Source: Phoronis australis (lineage: Eukaryota > Animalia > Phoronida). From it: a stretch of 64,000 bases of DNA. Below are positions 1 through 10,700 of this stretch, one piece after another (positions within the stretch are counted from its first letter, which is position 1; every line of letters starts with the position of its first letter). The stretch spans positions 108,289 through 172,288 of the forward strand of contig NMRA01000164.1 in the NCBI GenBank assembly GCA_002633005.1, in the 5' to 3' direction. A program made the translations under genes and the position numbers. The notes below the pieces were generated by a model. The model ran no database searches and was not told where the DNA came from. It saw only the letters and a program-made list of their open reading frames with translations.

Positions 1-587
1 AAATGGAACAAACCTTTTAATGTTTGTTAAGTTTCCTTCTTTGCCGTCCTTTAAACAATAAAAACATGCAAACAGTGTGCTAAAACATAAGGAAAATAAC
101 CTTTTTTATATAAATTACAATTTTTCCCTCAGCGGGAGGGGGATTCCCCCCTTCACGATCTCCCCTTTGGCGCTGCGTGCCTCAGAATCACGCTTTGCGT
201 GACTCGTCATTCTCACGAATTTGGACTCCCACTTTTCAAATCCTAGATGAGTCCCTGCTTCAAAGCCTAGCATCTTAAGACCAATTTCCCGTAGGTGGGT
301 GATTAATAGAGGCCTTTATATTACTTCACTCACTGCAGATTGATTCACCACACTCTTCCTCATCCAGTGAACGAGGGGTCAAGCCGCATCAGGTCAGCCC
401 TCTCTTGATCCGCTTAGGAATTGAGTGTTTATGTGCGATTGAATTTAAGCAGTCTAATTATACGAGAAAGAGTTGTGATTTCCTTTTAGATTTCATTATG
501 TGGTAAAGAACTTTCTAGACCAATTTTGTAGGTTTTAAATTTTTTATTACTTGAAGGAAATGCAGGTATGTATTCACATACGCATAG

Positions 588-744
588 ATTATTACAATGC
601 GAAGTCATTATCCCCCTGTAATCTAGAGCCTGAGTGGATTTTGGAGAATTATCGCCCAAGGAGCGTTAGCCCCGAGGGCGATAATTATCCAAAATCCACT
701 CGGGCTCTAGATAAGGAGGATAACGACTGAGAATATGTAATAAT
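588..744. repeat. Long imperfect palindrome in deltex intron (probably a transposon-derived hairpin)
   Basis: atctagagcctgagtggattttggagaattatcgccc / gggcgataattatccaaaatccactcgggctctagat, with weaker outer pairing. A second hairpin lies at ~924-1052. Confidence 0.75.
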
Positions 745-1186
745 TACATGATTATACTATAGAATCAGAGGATTTTATTGACCGCATATGAAGTTAGATT
801 TTCCTAGTGCTCATTCTTAAAATCTGCCAAATTGCCGTTTGTGTCTTAAATAACCTTGATTGTCGAGCCAACTAACTGAACTCAATCTCAAGTAATAACA
901 AATCCACCAGTTCTTCCCAAACCCTGGAGATTCGTTTCATGAAAAGTGACTAAAAGCTTATATCAGAAATTCAGTCTTTCACTCCACACAAAATATTTTT
1001 TAGTTGTGTAGAGTGAAAGACTCAAAAGTCATTGTCCACGAAACCGACTCCAGAAATTTTTTCTCTTCTTAGTAATCACTTCTTATCTTAGTAATCATAT
1101 GGTTATTGGTCAGAACCTAAAGTTGCTTTTGATGGGAAGTGAGCTTGTAGTACAGGTTAAATAGGAACAACTTGATGCTCTTTTAG

Positions 1187-1411
1187 GTGCTGAAGCTTCT
1201 CAAGATAGCCTGGGACAGAAAGCTGACATTCACAATCAGTCAATCGGTCACCACCGGGCAGAGTGACACGGTGACGTGGAATGAAATACATCATAAGACC
1301 GAGTTTGGCTCTAATGCATCTGGCCATGGCTATCCCGATCCAAACTATCTGGACAATGTGTTGATGGAACTCTCTGTTCAAGGAGTTACGGAAGATCTGT
1401 TAAAGTCCTAA
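1187..1411 (+). CDS. DTX1: Deltex (DTX1/2/4-type) E3 ubiquitin ligase, last coding exon (DTC domain C-terminus); upstream exons lie outside the window
   Basis: Acceptor ttttag| at 1181-1186, then [67 protein letters not shown]. This matches the deltex C-terminal [25 protein letters not shown] signature. The symbol is family-level only (pro-orthologue). Confidence 0.93.
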   Translation: MLKLLKIAWDRKLTFTISQSVTTGQSDTVTWNEIHHKTEFGSNASGHGYPDPNYLDNVLMELSVQGVTEDLLKS

Positions 1412-1724
1412 TTCTGTTCAAGGATGATGATTAGGTTTATAATTGGGCTGATGAATAGGGGACATTTGCAATTGTGATAATACTTATGCTACATCTAGCT
1501 TGAAGGACAGCTTTAAAAGGTTACAGTAAACTTTCTTTGTTTTTGACATTCCTAAAATTTGGAACACTGAAATTCTAGCCAAAATTAAATTTTTTAGCTC
1601 TGAAAATTGGGACATGGTAATATCAGCATTCATCATGGTTCTCAAGTATTGCATTTTGTATCAAGAAAGTCTGAGATGAAATTGTCGAAAAAAGCTCACT
1701 GGTAATGCAAAATTCATCTTGTGA

Positions 1725-3669
1725 TTTTTTATGCGCCCACATGTTTATATGTGGACGCATTATGCCGTCATCTCCGTCCATCCAGCGTTCGTCCGTCCGG
1801 CGTCCGCTGCTTTTATCTCCAAAACGCCTTAGCGTATGTTCATGAAATTTTGCACATGTGTTCCTGCCGTGAATGGGACTGCATGAGCGAACTTTCGGAC
1901 AGATCCGACTTCCAGTATGCCCTCTAGTGGTAATTTTAGTTTTTTACGTTTACCTCTGTATCGGATTTTCATAAAATTTGGTATATAGGCACCTATTAGG
2001 GAGGTGACGCTATCCTCCCGTTTTCAGATGCATTTGATGTAGTTTGCACCACCTAGTGGCCATTTTTACTGTTTTCGAGTCTCTTTTTTTGCGTCCACCC
2101 CTCTATCAACCAAACCGCTCAAAGGATGATTGTGAAAATTGGCATGTATGATCTTACTATAAAGTGGACGGCTGACGATGATTTTCCAACAACTTTGACT
2201 TTTGAGTTTTGTTCTTTTGCACCTATGGCTGTATCCCCTAAACCGTTCACAGGATCTTAACTAAATTTAATAAGTGTATTTGTATGATATTAACAACCGA
2301 GGACAACGACTTTCAGATGGATCTGACTACTGGTGTGCTACCTAGTGGCAATTTTATTTTTTTTATGTTTACCTCTGTATGTTCAAAGGTCCTAAACGTG
2401 TTTTCATAATATTTGGCTTACAGGCATCTGTTAATGAGGTGACGCTATCTCTCCATTTTCAGATGGATTCAACCTAGTTTGCGCCACCTAGTGGCCATTT
2501 TTACTGTTTTCAAGTCTGTTTTTCGGCGTCCACTCGTCTATCAACCAAGCGGCTTTCAGGATAATTGTGACAATTTGCAGGTATGTTTTTACTATAAAGT
2601 GGACGGCTGACGACATTTTTCCGACGAGTTTGGCTACTGTGGCCCATCCTAGTGGCAGTTTTGTTGTTTGGCGCTCATGGCTGTATCTATTAACCGTTTG
2701 CAGGATCTTCACTCAATTTAGCAAGTGTATTTATATGATGTTGTCAATGGACAACGACGACTTCGGACGGATCTGACTTCTGGTGTGTCCCCTAGTGGCA
2801 ATTTTAGTTTTTTACATTTACCAGTCTGTATCTTCAAAGGTCCTCAACAGATTTTCATAAAATTTTGAATATAGGCATCTATTGGTGAGATGATGCTATC
2901 ATCCAGTTTTCGGATGGAATCGAGGTATTTTGCACCACCTGGTGGCCATTTTTGCTGTTTTCAAATCTTGTTTTTGGCATCCACCCCTCTATCAACCAAA
3001 TCATTCTAGGGATGGTTTTGAAAATTGGCGTACATGTTTTCAGTGTGAAGAAGACGTTTGATGGTGACTGACTACTGTGGCGCCTCCTAGTGGTAGTTTT
3101 GTTTTGTTTTGCGCCCATAGCTGTATCTTCACAACCCACTGCAGGATCTTTATTAAATTTTGGAAGTGAATTTATATGAAGATAACAGATGACGACTTTC
3201 AAGCGGATGGAACGGACGCTGTGCCCCCTAGTGGCAATTTTAGTTTTTTATGCTTACCTTTGTATCTTCAAAAGTCCTGAACGGATTTTCATGAAATTTG
3301 GTATGTAGGCACCTATTAGTGAGGTGACGCTATCCTCCCGTTTTCAGATGGATTCGACATAGTTTGCGCCACCTAGTGGCCATTTTTAGTGTTTTCGAGT
3401 CTGTATTTGTGCGTCCACCCCTCTATCAACCAAACCGCTCAAAGGATGATTGTGAAAATTGGCATGTATATGCTTACTATGTAGAGGACGGTTGACGATG
3501 ATTTTCCGACGATTTCGACTACTGTGGCGCCTCCTAGTGGCAGTTTTGTTTTTTTTGCAGGATCTTTACGAAATTTGATAAGTGTATTTATAAGATGTTA
3601 ACAAGAGACGATGACGACTTTTGGACGNATACATTCGTGGGCGCATTTCAACACTCTGCGTTGCTCGTT
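1725..3669 (+). mobile_element. Non-autonomous Helentron-type element (HINE/DINE-1-like) with internal ~450-bp trimeric satellite
   Basis: T-run, subterminal IR ATGCGCCCAC with adjacent inverted copy (gtggacgcat), ccgt-like microsatellite, tandem ~145-161-bp subunits, GTGGGCGCAT, short hairpin and ctcgtt end. N at 3628. Confidence 0.8.
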
Positions 3670-4351
3670 TAATTTGAAACGGCCAATATGCCCTATTTCT
3701 AAAATTTGGGACGAGCTCTGACCTTGTGGAAAATAATTAATTTCTTATTGTCTCAAATGGTAGAATTTTTATTGTATTACCTAGGTTGCCAATCTGTTCA
3801 TGCTGGACGCATTTTAAAGCTTGGGAGTATGCAGGAGAGCTGGTTGTGTTAGAGCATTTTGTAAGTGAGCTGTCAGTCACTGTTCTTCTAGCTCATTCTC
3901 TTGAGCAGTGACAACTCCTCTAGTTGACCTCTACTGCCACCTGGTGACGTTTGGAGGCACATCCACTTCAGAGTAGGGGTCTTGGTGGCTCTCATTATAT
4001 GTGAAATCCTATACCTTGTGATGAGTTGAGGAACACTTCATGAAAAGAACCTTGTTTAGTTTATAGGGCAAACATTGAAACTGGCATAAGTCAGGTCCTA
4101 GCAGGCAGAAGCGTTAAACACCAGTAAAGCAAAAACTGACTTATCCAAGCTGGCAGTGCATAAACTAGAATATATCAAACTTATCGGCAAAACCTAGATG
4201 CATGGCCTGCAAAAAGTGTGACAAAATTGAATATGTGTGTTACACTAATTTTTACCCTCCTATGAGCCTCTCCCTTTCTTTTGTACATATTTTTGCATGT
4301 TTTGAAATTTTTTATGTACTGTAGCCATTTTGCCATCCATCCTCTGAATAC

Positions 4352-4393
4352 AGCTTGACAATGGTGGCTGTTTTACCATCGAAACATGTCGCT
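4352..4393 (+). ncRNA. Minimal type I hammerhead ribozyme motif (Penelope-like element type)
   Basis: AGC-UUGACAA-U-GGUGG-cuguuuua-CCAUC-GAAAC-AU-GUC-GCU: U3:A8 covariant core, 5-bp helix II (one GU pair), palindromic ACAUGU helix III, GUC cleavage triplet, 3-bp helix I. Confidence 0.6.
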
Positions 4394-6271
4394 ACATTTT
4401 AGTTGTTTTCTTTAATCACTTGTGTTCGTCAGTGCGAGACCTTTTGTGTATTTGTAAATGAGTGCTTGTTATCAAAATAACAGGTGTACGTAGCAGAGTC
4501 CACCCTTACCACGTACTGCATCGAATTTGAACTCCAACCACAGACAATTTTATGCAAGTAATCTGGGTCTTGTCACTTTCTGTGGCAAAAGCATCTGGAT
4601 GTTTAAATTCAGGTTCATTGCCAAACATGCGTGAACCCAGGGGGGCTCAAATGAGCCCCCCCCCCCCATTTGGCGAAGTGGGCAAAAAGGTCTGCCTCAG
4701 AGAAACAAAAAGTCTGAAAAAACGAGACAAAAGTCCACTAAAAAGGCACAGACGCACAGTGAAGGTGGTATCCCATTTTTTTAGTCCTCCCACTTTGTTA
4801 TCAGCAAAAGAGGTCCACGTCAGAAATACGAGCCTCCCCCCATATTAAAGGCTGGGTCTTTTGCATAGGTAGAATTTTTGTAGTGTATGGTAAGAGTATG
4901 CACCTGTTGGTTTACACCCCATGAGGTGGCAAATCGCGTTATTCAAGAAAACAAAGGTAATCCAACAAAATAGCGTTTTTCAATCTTGGTGGCTAATTCT
5001 GCCTACATAAAAATTACCTGTAATAACTACTAGGGTGATGAATTTGACCTCCGACCTGTGGTCATGACAGGAATTCTTGATAATTTTGTCTGAATACTAG
5101 AGGCTTGTATTATAGCTATACTGGTGGTTCGACAGATTAGAGAATTTTGGATTTGACCATCTATTTGTGGCTCCCTTCCAATTCAGGACAAATCTCAACT
5201 TAGTTCTCATCAAGTTTGAAAAACAAATTCGGAATGTTTTTCTTTACTTTCAAGCTCCATACTCATCAAATTAACGTCCAAAGCATTACATTGAGAAACT
5301 GAAAAATTAGCGTGGACGATCACCATGTGTTTAAGGAACTCTATGTCCAAACTGCATATAGATTGTGTGTACAACTGAGCACAAGTATTTAATTTAAAAA
5401 ACTATGGTGTTACGGTTGACAGATGTAATACAGTAAGGTGACATTTTTAAATACTGGCTAACGGACTGACTGGACAGTGAGAATTTGAATGTGCGTAAAG
5501 CCAAAGAATTTGCAACTTGTTTTATAAATGGTCATTTTGTAAAGCTGCGTTTCCCAATGCTAGTTGGCTGAAAAATAAAACAAAGCCTTTACTCTCATAA
5601 AATCTGTCTTGTAATATTGCTTACGGTGACGGTACTATTTCCATTACTTACATAAAAATCAGCGATTAGAGAAAACACTTAATTGTGGATTTGAAAATGA
5701 CGCGTACGCACCACCTACGACACTTGAGTTGCAAGCTAGTTCCGCAATAATTCAAGATTGGATGAACATGGTAATCTTTTTAAAGCCACCCCCCAAGTGA
5801 TTCTGTAACAAATTTACCACTGAGGGCTGAACACCAGTACAACACACATTTTCAATAATAAAGTACATATTTTTATTTTGGACCACAATCATGGAAATTC
5901 TTTGGCATGCTCTCAACTATGCCAAAATTTGTTTAGTCTCTAACCATGCGGCAGTTGTTTTCATAGCTGTTAATGGACATCAGTTGCAGGCCTCAACCCG
6001 AATTGTACAGCCTGGCATGTCACAACTTACAGAACTTACAGACAGTGGTAGCTGGTTTGCTGTTGCTCCTTTAGGCCACGAAACTCATTCTCACTTGCAT
6101 GTTTCACTTTTAACTCCTTTGGACGCTAGCTCCTTTTCAGTAAACATATGCAACTTTTCTTTATTGCTAGGTCATTCATTGGCAACACCCGTGCAGTTCG
6201 ACATCTACTTAATCAACTAATATGCAAGACTCACAGATGACCAAACCCACAATGCAGACCAGCACCCTTAA

Positions 6272-7187
6272 ACAGTACACACCATGGATTTTTTGCACAT
6301 TTTGAATTACCGGTTGCCACAGACTAAATGTATCACGTAAAATTTAGCTAAACCCATGTTTATTTTGTGTAATTAGCTCGAAATTTTGATTTTTCTTTCA
6401 CTTTTGCCAATTTTCACATTTCCCGCCATGTGACATCATGGGTTGAACACAAGAGATCAGTGACTAGCATTGAACAATGGCGGAGAGCAGTGAATTTGAA
6501 AGCGACGATTATGAGCAAGAATTGAATGAATACGATGAAGAAACGTACGGGAATGGTGGCCAGGATGAGGAAATTGGGTTGCACGAAAGCGAGAACAAGT
6601 TTGATGTGCTTCCGGGTGTGTACTTTTCTACTTTGAGCCTTACGAACTGGATCGATCCTCTCGCGAGAGAAGTGGCCTCGGGCTCAGCGAGTCAACCCAG
6701 TCATCCAACAGATGATCCTGAATTAAGAGCCGATGTTTCTGAATGATAAATATTGTCCTTTAGTGAACCAGGCCTTCATCGTAACATCTCCTGTGACTGG
6801 AGTCGAAATACGAGTCCTCAAAGAGGGCAAAACACAGAGTGGCCCCGGACCGAATCGCTTGGTCCACGATGAGGTCCCACACTCTCGTTCGGCGCACGAA
6901 ACGATGCCACTTCTGCGCAACTCTGGTGTCCTTGGGAACACCGGCAACACATCTTTTGATCCCTCTACGAACCTTCTTGACGCTAAATGTACTTTGCTTT
7001 CACTTCACTCTATACACTTTGTCTCTGATCTGAACAGTATGGCGAAGGACTTGGGTTTAACCCGTGACGTTGTATATAATTATTATTTTTTCAATTTTTG
7101 CGTGTTTCTTAATGAGCTGTGCGCTAAAGGCACTGAAATCAAGTAAGATAATTTATTTTGAGGTACTAGAGTCGTGTTGTGTACACT
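6272..7187 (-). mobile_element. Kolobok-like non-autonomous DNA transposon (family B)
   Basis: TTAA at 6268-71 and 7188-91; the empty site in copy 2 has one ttaa (~51590). Imperfect TIR A..GTACACA. THAP remnant PKDTRVAQKWHRFVRRTR on -, and an acidic ORF start with frameshifted FYFEP on +. Confidence 0.72.
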
Positions 7188-7705
7188 TTAAAACCACACA
7201 AGTCATGCTGAAAATATCAGTCCAGACTTCAAAATCTGGATGGGCATTCTGGTCGATGAGATTGAAATTTGGTGACTGGGTAGAGCATTTTCGGTTCATG
7301 TCATGAGTTCAGGGGCATACTCTCGGGGATTTGCACTGTGGGTTCGATGTTTGATGGTCCAAGACTGGTAGAGTTCATAGCTAGGACTTATAGAAAACGC
7401 CATGACATCACTCCCTTTTCCAGCTACACAGTATACGCATGTAGCACAAATCTGAGCAGCAAATCCAAAACAAAATAACGTTGAACCTTTACTTTTACAT
7501 TGGACAGATAAAATAGCTACACACATACAAAAATGACAATGTTACAAATGTTCTCTATTTGTTCAATGTCCTTATGTTTGTCCAGCAGAGAATGAACATA
7601 GTGCACGTATTCCATTTCCATCGCATTCTTAACTCTCTATACGTGGTCTGGCTTAGTCAGTAACTGTGCACACATATGCATACCACCAATTCAACTCTAA
7701 TCAAC

Positions 7706-10700
7706 CTAGTAGGGTCGGTGCCTCTGGTCATCTCTACCACGACCTCTGAACCCCCCGCGACCTCCACCACGACCTCGGTCGCCTCCCCTGTCATATCCTC
7801 CTCGGCCACCACCACCACGACCACGGAAACCACCTCCTCGACCACCACTGTAACCACCTCCACCGCCGCCAAAATCAGAGCGAGGTTTATGGCAAAGGTT
7901 GCAGCAATCGCGCCACGCAAAGTTCTTGTTACCACACCCACTAGAATTGGAAAAGAAATTCAATTTTAACATTACGAAGTACAAAGTCACTGACAGATAC
8001 CGTCAATACTATTCCAACAACAGATACAACCCACAGAACTAAAGTATGGTCACTGCTATCTGTTAAGACTGGAGCCTGTTGTGTGGCAACTTGTATCTAA
8101 ATGTTATTCCCCAGAGTCGAAAGGGCCCTGACCACCATTAGGTGTCCGAACAATACTCACTCCACTTCACACCTCCAGTCACCAGGTCTACTGTCACCAC
8201 CGTCGTTCCTACCAAGGTCACCACCACCACCACGACCTATGGATAAATACATAGATATTTTATGGCATCACGTTAACAGCAACATAACATAAAAACTTTC
8301 AAATCATAATTTTACTTAATGTACCTAGGTCTACCCTGTTCACAACGGACAATCTATATAACGGACAGATTTTAAAGATCTCTTGAATAAATAGTACTGA
8401 AAATTAAGAATAAATTTGTGCCTGCAATAATTTTTTTATTTTTAACACATATAAATTGGTCAGTTTAGCTACTAAGCTTAAAATAACAACTAGCGGGTTT
8501 TTGAGATGCAAATATCTTACTATCTCTGATTCACATATACTTTCATTATGTATCCTGAGTCAAATTTCCATGATGCTCAACAAACATGCAATACAACTGA
8601 ATCAGGTCAATACTCCCAATTGAGAGCGTGACGACACTAAGCAGTGTTTACCAGTTTCCCATTAATCAACAATGAAGGATATATCGGATTTTTACAAGAA
8701 CTCTAGTATTTTCAAAGTAAACAGTGCAATTTGTAGCTGTCTTCAATTGGTCCAGCAGTACCAAAGTCTGCATAATTAGCAGAACTTGGGCCTGAGCCTC
8801 TGTGGCTGTATGCCCTGGATGTGCGACCACTTGAGCAAGTAAGCTTGGAACGAAAAAATGGTAAGTTTATGTTTGTCTTCAATCGACCTTATTAATTGTC
8901 CCCAAGGCAGGAAAAATGTTTAGATAAATTTTGAATAATTACCTACCACAATACCAGGGTTACCTTTACGGCGTACAGAGACCATTGAACATAAATGGTA
9001 AATAACTGGTGGATGACTGGACATTTAGAGAGGCAACTGGTTGTTAGCAATTAGTACTCAAATTAAATTTTGTTAGCGTTGACATAAGCCCAATCAGTGC
9101 ACTTCAACCGTTGCAATAACAAAATGAGAGTTGAAAAAACATTTCAGAATTCCTTTAGATGATGACAACCCAAATTTTTGACTGGACAAGACTTCCTTGT
9201 CAATGCAATCACAGGAAAGACAATTGAGTTTTGTTACTTTCACTTTTCCTTTTTAACATAGAGTGACTACACATTACTTAACTAACTCATGACCTATGAA
9301 AAGATTTTAAACAACTGAAAAGAATTTTTCCGTTTTTTCCAATGACCAACAAACTGGTTCTCACTAACCACGTAAGAGCGCATACTAAACCCTTCAAAAC
9401 CAGACGCGTATTAATTGCCATGACCTGGACCCGTAACCACCAAACTTTGATGACAGTCCCTTTTATAACCCAGATTGAGTAATGTGTCACATTTTGGAGA
9501 CTGCCAAAACATATGAATAAAATTCTATTTACAAAGCAAATACCCTGCACTTTTTATTTAAAAAATCCAGACGATTATTTTCACACCTCCTACACTGGAC
9601 AACTTCAAATTCGACCAAATTTCTCAGGTCTCACCAAGTCTTGAAAGGACTTGAGTGGAGTTTGGAGGTTGTCACTTTTCAAGTACTACCACAGTGAGCA
9701 GTTTGCAGTAAAAGTCTTCGAGTAAATCAATAACATAAGAAACATTGCTCCACAGGTATGCAGACTCACCTCTTCCACCTCGGTCATACCCTCCACGACC
9801 ACCTCGGCCTCCACCGCGGCCCCCTCTGCCACCGCCTGGCTGCCAGGCAGGTCTTTGAGCCAGCTCTACCTTAAGTTCATATCCTTTGAAGACTTTGCCT
9901 GCAACAGAAAGCCTTTAGTTGATCTTAAAGGAGAATGCCACCCGATTTAATTAGTCTTTTTTGACGTCTTAATCGGTCTGTATCCACATCGCCTCGCATA
10001 CAGTCAACCTTACCTTGTCAAGAGGTGTCGCGTTAACCTGTGAGGAAGGTGAGAAACGACGCTAGCGACGTCAGTGGTTCATATGCAGAGTGAATGCCGC
10101 TATGTTGCGGTGCATCGTTCCCGCTTGTCTGAACTAAGCAGCTGCGAGGAAAGCAGGTATATCGGTTTTTTTACTTTCTGGAGAGTCCGAAATGCTTAGG
10201 AAGTGGCTCATGGTAGTGGAGAATGAAATGTACGCTGTAAATAGCAAGTATGAGGCCGTGAAACATCTCCGTGTCTGTGGCCTGAAGACATAGACAGTGC
10301 CTGACAAATGCCGGCTTACCAAATAACTCCATACGTTCCGTTGTCTGAGCTTGTTCATGGCGTCTCTCTAGTATTTCTTCATCACTGTATTCCTGTTCGA
10401 ATTGATAGCCTGTAAAACTTAACGATCCATCTGCGAAGTCGGGACTGATGAGCTCTAGCTCGTCCTAAGTTGGGATTACGATTTGCCATGTTGGCATTAA
10501 CTGAGCGTTCTGTTTCAAAATGAATTATTCTCACCCTAACCAATACTTACATAAAACTGAAACAAAGTCTGTCACATTAGATGCAATTTGTAATCCTTTT
10601 GGAGTGTTCGTGAGTGCAAATGATTTGAGAAGCCAGCAATGAATAAATCACTGCGTTACCGGTTGTAGGCCTTGCAATAAAACTAATTGACGGGACACCG

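Noticed and set aside
339-392. Possible deltex exon (ctgcag|...CAG|gtcagc)
   Set aside because: No similarity to the expected preceding DTC sequence (FPR..YLP...G); weak donor.
1924-3545. Regularly spaced conserved words resembling a CRISPR array
   Set aside because: The spacers are homologous ~150-bp satellite subunits inside a eukaryotic transposon, and there are no cas genes.
6477-7146. ORFs 6477-6746 and 6733-7146 as host genes
   Set aside because: They lie wholly within a TTAA-flanked insertion absent from the paralog.
7676-7969. Thr/Ser-rich mucin-like ORFs (also 52163-52414, 54536-54763)
   Set aside because: Antisense shadows of Gly/Arg-rich FET exons.
8660-8876. Exon-like stretch on + ending ATG|gtaagt
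   Set aside because: Multiple stops and no recognisable domain; the segment is absent in copy 2.
10445-10470. CTGATGAG as a hammerhead core
   Set aside because: No GAAA/NUH half, and the sister element has a different sequence here.
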